A stretch of 64,000 nt of DNA. It comes from a virus. The notes beneath the pieces are model-generated. The model saw only the letters and a list, made by a program, of their open reading frames with translations. It made no database searches and was not told where the DNA came from. The position numbers were made by a program, and so were the translations under genes. The stretch is taken from positions 64,001 through 128,000 of IMG/VR virus record IMGVR_UViG_3300045988_177154, one strand, 5' to 3'. Positions 38,847-47,967 of this stretch are shown here, piece by piece; position 1 is the stretch's first letter, and each line of letters starts with the position of its first letter.

Positions 38847-39992
38847 ATGAAATTAACAATAAAAGAAACAAAGAAAGCAATCAAAAATAATCAAACTGTT
38901 AAATTTACTCTTGAGCTTAATAATGCAAGAGAACTTGCAACTAATAAGAAATATTACAAACGCTATGTAAAAGCAGTTGTGAAAAGAGTTAAATCTTTTT
39001 ATCCAACATTGGACTCATCTTATATTTTATCTGAATTAGAACGTTATGAAATCTTACCAAACGTTTCACGATTTGATGAAGAAGGTTACTTAATTCGCTA
39101 TGGTAAACAAAGATACGTTACAGCACAAACGTTTGAAGTGAATGATAATAAAATCTATTGGGTTGATTTTGATTACAATGCCAATTACTTCATCGTAGAC
39201 CAAGAATTAGGAATGAAATTAGATTCTGATGTTGCTGTATCTGATTCATTCTCAAATCACTTTGCAATATTAGTAAGCGACCCAAGCAGATTATTTCATG
39301 TTACAGATGAAGAATTACCATTATTCTTAAAATTATCAAAGACAGCACAAGGTTCTTTCAATATTGCAGTTGATGAAAATGTTTTTGCTGGAACAAAATC
39401 TAAACTTGTAAATCTTGATAAACAAAAAATTACTCGTAAAGCATATGAAGAAGAATTAAAAAATATTAGAACTAAAATTGTTGAAGTAAATAGAGTAATC
39501 TCCCCTATTTATGAAGAATTGACTACAAAATTCAATGATAAAGTAATCAAATCACAAAAAGTTGTTTCTAGTAAAATTGTTCGTGATTCATTCCGTGAAG
39601 TAAGTCAAAAATTCAATGAATTTATTGCTAAGAAATTAGGTTTACGTTGCGATTATAATTCTATTGCATTAAGTTCTGAAATTCGTTGGCCACAAGAAGG
39701 TGAATACGGTGGAGCATTATATCGTGAATATGATGGTACAATGTGTGTTCAACCAGATTTAGCAGACCGATACATTGAAAAGAATTACTCTAAAGAAATT
39801 AAAGCAATTAAAACTGAAATTGAAAAATTAAACAAGAAATTGGGCTCAAAATCACCAATTCAATTTGAAATTGGTTACGGTGTTTCTGTCGGTGATAAAA
39901 CTTCTAACATTTATGCAGCTATTTCATTAAAGAAATTGCCAGAAACAATTGTCGCTAAATACTTCAACAAAATGGAAAATCTATTTAAATAA
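38847..39992 (+). CDS. hypothetical protein (interrupts the family B array)
   Basis: 381-aa ORF, AAGGTGA RBS. Codon usage richer in GGT/CGT than its neighbours. Confidence 0.6.
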   Translation: MKLTIKETKKAIKNNQTVKFTLELNNARELATNKKYYKRYVKAVVKRVKSFYPTLDSSYILSELERYEILPNVSRFDEEGYLIRYGKQRYVTAQTFEVNDNKIYWVDFDYNANYFIVDQELGMKLDSDVAVSDSFSNHFAILVSDPSRLFHVTDEELPLFLKLSKTAQGSFNIAVDENVFAGTKSKLVNLDKQKITRKAYEEELKNIRTKIVEVNRVISPIYEELTTKFNDKVIKSQKVVSSKIVRDSFREVSQKFNEFIAKKLGLRCDYNSIALSSEIRWPQEGEYGGALYREYDGTMCVQPDLADRYIEKNYSKEIKAIKTEIEKLNKKLGSKSPIQFEIGYGVSVGDKTSNIYAAISLKKLPETIVAKYFNKMENLFK

Positions 39993-40002
39993 AATAAAGA
40001 TT

Positions 40003-40034
40003 AAGAAAGTCAATTTTTGACTTTCTTATTTTTG
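40003..40034 (+). terminator. rho-independent terminator
   Basis: AAGAAAGTC-loop-GACTTTCTT followed by ATTTTTG. Confidence 0.7.
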
Positions 40035-40093
40035 TTGATTTTTTGTGAATTTTATTATATAATATAACAAAACGATACTGAAAGGTTGAAACA

Positions 40094-40648
40094 ATGAACA
40101 CTATTGTAGAAAATAAAAGTAAATTAGATAAATTAGTACAAGATGGGTATAAAATTATTTATCCTAATTCTATTGATGGATTGGATTTTGAAGTTATTAC
40201 TGAAGAATGGTTTACAACAGCAGGTCTTATGGAAACTCATTATGTGATTGAAAAAAGTTTAAATTGTTCAGCATTAAGTTTATATGAAAAATTCTTCAAA
40301 TACAAAAATGATTTATTCCTTAATTTCAGCACTCTCATTACATCAAAATTTGGTGATTGTTCTGATAAGAAACATATATTAAGATTCGGAAAAAGTGATG
40401 CTAAAAAAGAGTTCAAAATACGAAAATTACTAATTGTTTCAGACAGTATGGAATTTAAACTTGGAGATTATCCAAAATTTCAAGAAAAGATTAACTTTAT
40501 TCTGTTCGACCCTAAAAATCTTTACTTAGTATTCTATATTGATGATAAATTCAAATCAAAGGAAGCTCAAAAAGAAGATTTAGAAAAGAATAAAAAACAA
40601 AATCTTGAAAATGAATTAGAAGAAGATTTGCAATCGCTATTTGATTAA
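40094..40648 (+). CDS. paralog family B protein (B3)
   Basis: 184 aa. MNTIVE..., DGYKIIYPN, KINFILFD...LVFYIDDKF, acidic/Lys-rich tail ending SLFD. Confidence 0.65.
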   Translation: MNTIVENKSKLDKLVQDGYKIIYPNSIDGLDFEVITEEWFTTAGLMETHYVIEKSLNCSALSLYEKFFKYKNDLFLNFSTLITSKFGDCSDKKHILRFGKSDAKKEFKIRKLLIVSDSMEFKLGDYPKFQEKINFILFDPKNLYLVFYIDDKFKSKEAQKEDLEKNKKQNLENELEEDLQSLFD

Positions 40649-40654
40649 CACTCC

Positions 40655-40745
40655 AGCTCTAAGCTGTTTTGTTAAATGAATGATAAATGCTATTAAAAAC
40701 GATGTGAACTGACTTAGAGTTGCTTAGACTGTAATGTAGTATCAC
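40655..40745 (+). repeat. R element copy 4 (degenerate, lacks the TCGATA core)
   Basis: GCTCTAAGCTGTTTTGTTAAATG...GACTTAGAGTTGCTTAGACTG retains the arm sequences of the R element only. Confidence 0.45.
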
Positions 40746-40771
40746 TTAAAATGAAAGGAACAAATAAAACT

Positions 40772-41278
40772 ATGAATCATATTGTAGAAGAAGAAAAGAA
40801 AGATATTTTAGCGCCTCATATTGAAGATGGATATAAAGTTATCTATCCTAATAAAAACGTAAAAATTGAATTAGTAAATATTTATAAAAAACGGGCTTCT
40901 CAGCATATTAAAATTGGGTTAATTTGTTCAGGCCTGAAGTTATGGGATAGACTTTCTACTTATAAAAAAGATTTATTCTTGAAGCCGGGTAACTTTGAAA
41001 AGGGGGAGAATAAATTAACAATTAGTAGAGATGGAGCAGAAGCTACATTTAATTTAGAAAGAAATATTTTTATTTATGATTTAAATAATAAATATTTTGG
41101 CTCAGAAGCAAAGTTCCCCGAAAAGATTGAATATATTTTACTTAAGCAAAATTTCAACACAACTCATTTGCGAATTATAATAGATGATAAGTTTAAAACA
41201 AAAGCTGCTCAAAAACATTACCGAATCCAAAATGAAAAGAGAAAACTTGAAGAAGAATTAGACTTGAACCTAAGTTAG
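40772..41278 (+). CDS. paralog family B protein (B4)
   Basis: Start moved to ATG 40772 to give the family N-terminus MNHIVEEE. DGYKVIYPN, KIEYILLK...LRIIIDDKF. Confidence 0.65.
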   Translation: MNHIVEEEKKDILAPHIEDGYKVIYPNKNVKIELVNIYKKRASQHIKIGLICSGLKLWDRLSTYKKDLFLKPGNFEKGENKLTISRDGAEATFNLERNIFIYDLNNKYFGSEAKFPEKIEYILLKQNFNTTHLRIIIDDKFKTKAAQKHYRIQNEKRKLEEELDLNLS

Positions 41279-41280
41279 TA

Positions 41281-41375
41281 TAAGCGTTTCTAAACTGTTT
41301 TTTCGTAAAGTCGATACATTTATCGAAAATCAGTTTTAACAGTTTTAGAATTGCTTATATGACGATATAATAACC
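41281..41375 (+). repeat. R element copy 5
   Basis: TAAGCGTTTCTAAACTGTTTTTTCGTAAAGTCGATACATTTATCGAAAATCAGTTTTAACAGTTTTAG...TATATGACGATATAATAAC. Confidence 0.8.
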
Positions 41376-41403
41376 CTTAAAATGAAAGTGAGTAATTGTA
41401 AAA

Positions 41404-41898
41404 ATGAATGAAATTGTTTCAGTGAAAGATGAAAATAATTTAGATGAAAATTATAAATTAGTTTATCCTAATAATAAAGGATTAGCAGTAAGACTGTATG
41501 AAAGCAACACATCTTTATTAACTCATTCATCTGACAGTTGTTTTTTGAGTTTTTTTGAAGTTTTGTTTAATATAAATGATTTGTTTATTGAAAAAACAAA
41601 GTATCAAAAAATCGTGTCTGAGTATAGGCCATGGTTTAGATTGGTATTTACATCTTTTAAAAATGACTCCTTTAAAGATGAGTACAATATTAAGAATGTA
41701 AAAGTTCTAAATGAACAACATAAATCAATAGAAATAAAATATCCCAAGAAAATTAAAGAGATTTATTTTAGTACAGAAAATAATACAGTTGCTATTGTTA
41801 TTGACTCTAATTTCTGTTCTAAGCATGAGAAAAAGCAGACAGCTGAATTGAAAGAAAAAGAAAATCTTTCAAATAGTGTTAAAGATTTATTGAATTAG
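41404..41898 (+). CDS. paralog family B protein (B5)
   Basis: 164 aa. MNEIVS, ENYKLVYPN, KIKEIYFSTENNTVAIVIDSNFC, ends DLLN. Confidence 0.7.
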   Translation: MNEIVSVKDENNLDENYKLVYPNNKGLAVRLYESNTSLLTHSSDSCFLSFFEVLFNINDLFIEKTKYQKIVSEYRPWFRLVFTSFKNDSFKDEYNIKNVKVLNEQHKSIEIKYPKKIKEIYFSTENNTVAIVIDSNFCSKHEKKQTAELKEKENLSNSVKDLLN

Positions 41899-41910
41899 AA
41901 AGGTACACAA

Positions 41911-42447
41911 ATGAATGAAATAGTTTCAATAAAAAATAAAAATTTTTTAGATGGGTATAAGCTCGTTTATCCCACCAACAACAAAGATTTAAAAGTTAAT
42001 ATTTTAGATGATAATGGTGATGGGCAACTTCATATCGGGATAAGTAATCTTGATTTAAACATGCTTGAAGAGGTGCTTTATTTCAACAAATTGTTTATTA
42101 GTAAATATAGCAAATTGATTTTGGAGAACCATATAGAAAATTTTAGCTCTGGAGTTACATTATTGTTTACTTCAAAAGAGGGTAAAGAAATAAAAGGCTT
42201 TGCAATAAAATCTTTGAAAATAACAGATTCTCACGGGGAGAAAGTTGATTTTACTCATCTTGAGTTAATTAAAGAAATTTATTTTAATGCAGATACTGGA
42301 GCTGTTATTATTGTTACAGATGAAAAATTCTGCTCTGCTAAAGAGAAGAAATACATCAAAGAGCAGAAAGTAAAAAATCATGAAAAAGCAATAAAAGAAC
42401 AGAAAGAGAAAGCATTATTAAATAGTGTTGAAAATTTATTGAATTAG
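41911..42447 (+). CDS. paralog family B protein (B6)
   Basis: 178 aa. MNEIVS, DGYKLVYPT, LIKEIYFNADTGAVIIVTDEKFC, ends NLLN. Confidence 0.7.
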   Translation: MNEIVSIKNKNFLDGYKLVYPTNNKDLKVNILDDNGDGQLHIGISNLDLNMLEEVLYFNKLFISKYSKLILENHIENFSSGVTLLFTSKEGKEIKGFAIKSLKITDSHGEKVDFTHLELIKEIYFNADTGAVIIVTDEKFCSAKEKKYIKEQKVKNHEKAIKEQKEKALLNSVENLLN

Positions 42448-42459
42448 AAAGGCTCAAAA

Positions 42460-42987
42460 ATGAATGAAATTGTTTCAACAAATAATGAATTACAAGATTA
42501 TAAGTTAATTTATCCTAATGATAAAAAGTTAAGAGTTAATCTTTCAGATGGATTAACAAGTGCTAGTCTTAAATTTGGAAGTGAAACTGATAAACTGAAC
42601 TTTTTTGAAAGATTTCTTAACTTTAACAATTTGTTCATTTCTAAATATGATTATCAAGCTTTTATGAAAGCTCCTGAGTTTAATACTAGGGCTTTGTCTT
42701 TGCGTTTCCTTTCAAATGAGGGCGAACTTGTGAGAATTTTCAGATTATCTCATATAAAAATAGTAAATTCTCAATATGAAGAAGTGCCAATTTCTCATAT
42801 TAAACAAATAAAAGAAATTTACTTTAGTGATGAGCTTGGCTCTGTTATTATTGTTATAGATGAAAATTTCTGCTCAATGCGTGAGAGAAAAGATTTAAGA
42901 GATGAAATGAAAGCAAAAAATGAATTACTTGCCAAAGAGACTAGACAAGAAACTCTATTAAAAGAAGTAAATGATTTGTTGAATTAG
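42460..42987 (+). CDS. paralog family B protein (B7)
   Basis: 175 aa. MNEIVS, QDYKLIYPN, QIKEIYFSDELGSVIIVIDENFC, ends DLLN. Confidence 0.7.
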   Translation: MNEIVSTNNELQDYKLIYPNDKKLRVNLSDGLTSASLKFGSETDKLNFFERFLNFNNLFISKYDYQAFMKAPEFNTRALSLRFLSNEGELVRIFRLSHIKIVNSQYEEVPISHIKQIKEIYFSDELGSVIIVIDENFCSMRERKDLRDEMKAKNELLAKETRQETLLKEVNDLLN

Positions 42988-43003
42988 AAAGGATTGAATC
43001 AAG

Positions 43004-43510
43004 ATGAATGAACTTGTTTCAAATGACTATAAAGAGGATTTGCTCAAAGACAATTACAAACTGATTTATCCAAATGATTTGGGCTTGATTGTAACTATGA
43101 ACAAAGGTGATACTAAAATTATTTTCAAAAGAGGATTTGACAAAAAGTTAGGACTGTTGGGCGCGTTTGAAAATAGTAATAAACTATTTGTTTCTTACCA
43201 CATTTTTGATACAGCTAGACGATTAAACTCAAATTCTCATGAAAAATTAACATTAGAGTTTAAAGAGCTTAACAAATCAGAAATTAAAGAAATTCCTATT
43301 GTAAATATTAAAATTCTTGATGAACAAGGTGAGGAGTATTTAAATAACACATGGAGTAGACGAATTAAGAAAATCTATTTGAATACTGAAAAAGCTGCTC
43401 TTATAATTGTAATTGATGAAAGTTTTCAATTCCCAGAGCAATTAAAAGAACTTAAATTAAAGCAAAAAGCAGAAAAATTAGAGAATAAAATCAACTCATT
43501 GTTAAAATAA
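43004..43510 (+). CDS. paralog family B protein (B8)
   Basis: 168 aa. MNELVS, DNYKLIYPN, RIKKIYLNTEKAALIIVIDESF, ends SLLK. Confidence 0.7.
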   Translation: MNELVSNDYKEDLLKDNYKLIYPNDLGLIVTMNKGDTKIIFKRGFDKKLGLLGAFENSNKLFVSYHIFDTARRLNSNSHEKLTLEFKELNKSEIKEIPIVNIKILDEQGEEYLNNTWSRRIKKIYLNTEKAALIIVIDESFQFPEQLKELKLKQKAEKLENKINSLLK

Positions 43511-43524
43511 AAGGAGAGAACTAT

Positions 43525-43827
43525 ATGCTATTCAAATTGAAAGATACAGAAGTAAATGAAATTACACCAATTTATAAAGATGAACACTATGAAGAAGGCT
43601 GGTGTGAAACTTGTGGTGGCGAATGGGTAGATGCTGAAATTGAAATCGAAATTGTTTTTGGTGATTCAACTTCATATATTTATAGAAACAATAACAATGC
43701 TGAAATTAAATCAATTACTACAGTTATTAACTATCTATTTACACATTTAAACGAATTTCCTAACATGACGAAAGATGAGTTTATTAGCCATCTTAAGCAC
43801 CAGCTTGATGAAGATTTCAAAGATTAG
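43525..43827 (+). CDS. hypothetical protein with CETCGG motif
   Basis: 100-aa ORF, AAGGAGAG RBS; sits between B8 and B9. Confidence 0.55.
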   Translation: MLFKLKDTEVNEITPIYKDEHYEEGWCETCGGEWVDAEIEIEIVFGDSTSYIYRNNNNAEIKSITTVINYLFTHLNEFPNMTKDEFISHLKHQLDEDFKD

Positions 43828-43839
43828 AAAGAGTAAAAA

Positions 43840-44331
43840 ATGAATAACATTACTCAAAATTTCAAAGAAAATTTATTAGCTAATAACTATAAATTGATTT
43901 ATCCTAACTCTAAAAAAATAGAGATTAGGATATTTGCTAAAAAACTCTTTAGCTTAACCAAAAAAGCACAAGATATAGAACAATTGACTCCAATTCAAAA
44001 AATTCTTTATTGGGGCCAATTGTTTTTGAATGAAGAAAGATACAAATTCATAAGAGAATTAAAGAAAGATGAGCTTTTGATTAAATTTTTTAATAAAACT
44101 GGTATTGAAGAAAAATTTATCTTTTCAACTGTTAAGATTTATGATGAAAATGGCTCTCCATATTACTCATTATATCCTAAGAAAATTAAAGAAATTTATT
44201 TGAATTTTAGCTCAAAAAGTGTTATAATTGTCATAGATGAAAGATTCAAGACTAAAAAAGAAAAAGCTTGGATTAAAAAAGAAAAAAAGAAAGGAAACTT
44301 TACAAAGAATTTAGAATCTTTGATAAGTTAA
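43840..44331 (+). CDS. paralog family B protein (B9)
   Basis: 163 aa. NNYKLIYPN, KIKEIYLNFSSKSVIIVIDERF, Lys-rich tail ending SLIS. Confidence 0.7.
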   Translation: MNNITQNFKENLLANNYKLIYPNSKKIEIRIFAKKLFSLTKKAQDIEQLTPIQKILYWGQLFLNEERYKFIRELKKDELLIKFFNKTGIEEKFIFSTVKIYDENGSPYYSLYPKKIKEIYLNFSSKSVIIVIDERFKTKKEKAWIKKEKKKGNFTKNLESLIS

Positions 44332-44352
44332 ACAGTGAAAGGAATGCCTCTA

Positions 44353-45081
44353 ATGAAACTAGATAATAACATTTATGATAACAATTCAGTATTTGATACG
44401 AATGAAAAAGAAATCTTTAATGGTAATTTTAAGGAACTTAAAGAGTTCATGTCAAATACTTTCAATTTTAAATTGACTGATAATGAAAATATGGAAGTTT
44501 ATGAGGATTTTAATGGTCGTGACTTTAAAATTCAAATGGGAATCCACATTGACCCAGAATTTCTAAAACAATTAGAAGCAACGGCTAGTGCAGAAGCAAA
44601 ACTTGAAGAAATCTATAACAAAGTTTTTGGCAAATTCTCAATTAAAGAAATGTTAGAAATGATTAAATCTAAAAAAATTCTAAATTTCATGGAACAATTT
44701 ATGAATGAAGTACCACTTGGTTTTGACAATCCTTATGAAGCAAATTACTTTATCTTTGAAACTGTAGAAGATTTTATTGAAGCAATGATTGCTCAACTTT
44801 ACTACAAATACAAAGAATCTGGTATTATGATTTCATTTTGTCCTAATACTAACATTACTACTGATGAATTTATGTTCACAACTGAATTATTTGCTACTCA
44901 AGAAAATGGTGAATATTATATTTTTGAACGAATTAGTGGCCAAGGCGAAACATTCTATCATATTTACAATATTAAAGATGGTAAATTATCAGCTAATGTT
45001 TGGAGAGAAACTATTGAATATAGCAGAGCTCTAAACGCATTGAATGAAGTATATAAGGAGAGAATCAATGAAGCAAATTAA
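44353..45081 (+). CDS. hypothetical protein
   Basis: ORF-track ORF 44335-45081. I prefer ATG 44353 (AAAGGA 10 nt upstream) over the GTG at 44335. Confidence 0.5.
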   Translation: MKLDNNIYDNNSVFDTNEKEIFNGNFKELKEFMSNTFNFKLTDNENMEVYEDFNGRDFKIQMGIHIDPEFLKQLEATASAEAKLEEIYNKVFGKFSIKEMLEMIKSKKILNFMEQFMNEVPLGFDNPYEANYFIFETVEDFIEAMIAQLYYKYKESGIMISFCPNTNITTDEFMFTTELFATQENGEYYIFERISGQGETFYHIYNIKDGKLSANVWRETIEYSRALNALNEVYKERINEAN

Positions 45082-45631
45082 AAGTTATGTTTTTGAAGCT
45101 GGAGATACTCTCTATTATGTAGATAAAGAAGGTGAAGTTTATTCTTTTGAAGTAACAGAAGATTTACTTAAACCTCAATCTGAAATGCCCACTTCATTCC
45201 TTGATAATTATGTTCTCAAACCATATACTCCAGTAACTGTTTATGACGATTTTGGACGATTGTGGTTATGGTCAGCTAAGGGGCAATGGACTGGTGCTGG
45301 TATGGCTTCAAGTTTTAATGTGGAATATTCAAGTAAAGTTGCTGATGTTTTTATTACTGAAGAGGAAGCATTTGAATTTAGTAAAGCTCGTAAGAAGCAC
45401 AATGAAGAAAATGAATTTTTTGATTCTTATGCAACAATTCATATTAAGCATGCAGTATCAAATAGAGTGTTAGAATCATTAGCATTTACAAAATATTCAT
45501 TAGTTGAGCTCATTAAATTAGTTAATATTTATAGAACAGAAAATACTCCAATTAAAATTTCTGTTTTGGATTATGAGGGGAATGAGTTCGCTTATTCTCA
45601 AATCGAAAAAGAACTAGAAAGATTTTATTAG
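45068..45631 (+). CDS. hypothetical protein
   Basis: Start moved to ATG 45068 (AAGGAGAG RBS); 187 aa. Confidence 0.55.
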   Translation: MKQIKSYVFEAGDTLYYVDKEGEVYSFEVTEDLLKPQSEMPTSFLDNYVLKPYTPVTVYDDFGRLWLWSAKGQWTGAGMASSFNVEYSSKVADVFITEEEAFEFSKARKKHNEENEFFDSYATIHIKHAVSNRVLESLAFTKYSLVELIKLVNIYRTENTPIKISVLDYEGNEFAYSQIEKELERFY

Positions 45632-45632
45632 A

Positions 45633-46382
45633 ATGAATTATTTAAGTATATGTCAAGAATTAGACAAAGTGAAGAATAGCATCAAGTATCATGAAAGAGA
45701 AATTGAAAAAGATAAATCTAAAGTTGAACAACTAGAAGAATACAAGAAGTTGCTTGAAAATGGTGCTAAACCAGTTTATGTTGAAGCTAAAGAGTTTGTT
45801 AAACCTGTAAATCCTATATTTATTCTCCTTAAAAGCAAATTGTACTTTGAAGAATTAAAGAACGTTTTGTTGTACGATTACAAATCATTAGAGAAAAATC
45901 CAGTAACACTTATCCAAGATGAATGGCATGCTTTCAAGCTTAAGTGGCATTCAACATATACTCGCTCTGATGAAAGTAAAGTTACTTTTCATAAGGATTT
46001 GACAGAGGATTATTACTCAGAATTACTTTTGGAACTAAATAAAATAGATGATTTAAATATTGAAAGAACAGCACAAAGTCTTTCTATAATTCAAAACGGT
46101 CAATTTCCAACTCGTAAACATTCTGGTCAATTTGATTATGGAGTATTAAAGGATATTGTTAGTTTTAAAGTGGAAAAATTTGAAAAAGTTTTACAACTAC
46201 TTAACTTCCCAAAAGAAATAGAAATTTCTCTAGGACGAGTGCTGTATGTTCTTAATGAAGATACTAAGGAATATGAATTACAATTTTTAAACTTGAAAGA
46301 TGAGTTGCCAATAAAGGGGGATTTATGTGGTGATAACAACATTAAAAAACAATGGCCAAATAAAATTTTTACTGAAGATTGA
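45633..46382 (+). CDS. paralog family C protein (C1)
   Basis: 249 aa. N-terminal coiled-coil then LLNFPKEIEISLGRVLYVLNED, paralleling 46867-47622. Confidence 0.6.
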   Translation: MNYLSICQELDKVKNSIKYHEREIEKDKSKVEQLEEYKKLLENGAKPVYVEAKEFVKPVNPIFILLKSKLYFEELKNVLLYDYKSLEKNPVTLIQDEWHAFKLKWHSTYTRSDESKVTFHKDLTEDYYSELLLELNKIDDLNIERTAQSLSIIQNGQFPTRKHSGQFDYGVLKDIVSFKVEKFEKVLQLLNFPKEIEISLGRVLYVLNEDTKEYELQFLNLKDELPIKGDLCGDNNIKKQWPNKIFTED

Positions 46383-46788
46383 TGAAGAAAATGACTTGCT
46401 TACAAATAGTTGGGTTGATGAAAGTTTTGAATATCTAGCTAGGGCCGCAAACAAAAAAGATACAGATAGAGATTTAATCTTAACTATCCGAAAAGGATTA
46501 GGACAATTAGAGTACAATATTAAAAAATTAACTTATGAATATAAGGGTCAAGGCAAAAATATTAAAGTTAAGGAATTAGAATTAAGTGATAACTCTAATA
46601 GCGAAACTGAATTAAAAGTCATTTTTGAAAGAAGCTTCGCTATACAAGAAAAGATTTATAACTATCTAAAAGCTCAAATAAACCATGCTCTAAAATCCTA
46701 TAAAGATAAGAGAGCAGAGCTAAAACGTTTTAATCAGCAAGAACTTGAAAATTTAATTAAAAATAACACAAAAGAAAAGAAAGATTAG
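46327..46788 (+). CDS. hypothetical protein
   Basis: 153 aa, GTG start after AAGGGGG; overlaps C1 by 56 nt. The start is uncertain. Confidence 0.45.
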   Translation: MVITTLKNNGQIKFLLKIDEENDLLTNSWVDESFEYLARAANKKDTDRDLILTIRKGLGQLEYNIKKLTYEYKGQGKNIKVKELELSDNSNSETELKVIFERSFAIQEKIYNYLKAQINHALKSYKDKRAELKRFNQQELENLIKNNTKEKKD

Positions 46789-46808
46789 TTAAAATCTTTC
46801 TTTTTTAT

Positions 46809-46837
46809 TTGACACTTTAATACTTTTATAATACAAT
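46809..46837 (+). promoter_or_regulatory. sigma70-like promoter
   Basis: TTGACA 46809-46814, 17 nt, TACAAT 46832-46837. Confidence 0.5.
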
Positions 46838-46866
46838 AGAAATATAAAGAAAAGAGGGATAAAACA

Positions 46867-47622
46867 ATGAAAAACTATATGGATATTGTAAATTTAGAAA
46901 ATGAGTTGCTTAATAAAAAAGCTAAACTACAAGAAGAATATGAAAAAGAAATGAATGCTATCAATAAAAGATTAGCTGAATATGAAGATTATAAAAATGA
47001 TTTCAAGAATGGAAATGCTGAATTAGTTTTAGCTAAGGAATATGTTGAGCAATATAGACGATTTAACATTTTACTTTACTTTGCTCTTTATATGAATGAC
47101 TTGAAGAAAGTGCTAAAAGAAGATTGGAAAGTACTTCTTGAAAAGAATTTACAATTGCAAGATAATGCTTATGGTGGAGATTGGACTAAATATACTCTAC
47201 TTGTTCAAAAAGGTTATGGAACAAATTATCACCCTAATTTAGGTTCAATTGAATTTTCAAAAAATACACCGTCTGAATATTTTGATACTCTTTATATGGA
47301 GCTAGAAGATAAAGTGATTAAAAATTTAGAAACTGTTAAAGGTAGTGAATATAATTACGCCAATCGGTTCCCTAACAATGACCCGTTCACTTATTTCAAA
47401 TGGTTAGATTATAAATTTGCTTTTAAACTTAAAACAGATGATTATGACTATACTAAATTATTTAAATTGCTTAACTTTCCAGAGCAAATTGTTATCCAAA
47501 ATGATGGACGTAAAGCTATGTATAAGCTAATTGATGATGTTTACGCTTTCCACACTTGGAATTGTGCTACTGAAGAATGGGTAAATGAATATGAAGAATA
47601 TTTGAAAATGAAAGGTAAATAA
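46867..47622 (+). CDS. paralog family C protein (C2)
   Basis: 251 aa. Coiled-coil N-terminus and LLNFPEQIVIQNDGRKAMYKLIDD. Confidence 0.6.
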   Translation: MKNYMDIVNLENELLNKKAKLQEEYEKEMNAINKRLAEYEDYKNDFKNGNAELVLAKEYVEQYRRFNILLYFALYMNDLKKVLKEDWKVLLEKNLQLQDNAYGGDWTKYTLLVQKGYGTNYHPNLGSIEFSKNTPSEYFDTLYMELEDKVIKNLETVKGSEYNYANRFPNNDPFTYFKWLDYKFAFKLKTDDYDYTKLFKLLNFPEQIVIQNDGRKAMYKLIDDVYAFHTWNCATEEWVNEYEEYLKMKGK

Positions 47623-47623
47623 A

Positions 47624-47950
47624 ATGATTGAATCATACTTAACAAAAGATGAACAAAATGAGCTAAGACTTGAAGAAATTCCAATTTTAGACAGACCTGA
47701 AACTATAAAATTTGAATTTACTAAAGATAGTACAATCTTTTTACCAGATGAAACAGAATTAAAGATTGAAAAAGTTAATGGTAAATATAAGCCAATTGAT
47801 TTTGATTGGTACTTATCACCAGAAGAAATTACTAATAAAAATATTATGGAACCAAAATATGGTGGAACTTGGATTGATAACAAATTTATTGAAAATAAAG
47901 AATATAAATACTTTATTACTGAACTTGCAGCTCTAGTTGATAGTCTATAA
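47624..47950 (+). CDS. hypothetical protein
   Basis: 108-aa ORF. The antisense 199-aa ORF 47527-48126 is rejected. Confidence 0.55.
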   Translation: MIESYLTKDEQNELRLEEIPILDRPETIKFEFTKDSTIFLPDETELKIEKVNGKYKPIDFDWYLSPEEITNKNIMEPKYGGTWIDNKFIENKEYKYFITELAALVDSL

Positions 47951-47967
47951 AGAAAGAGAAGTGGAAT

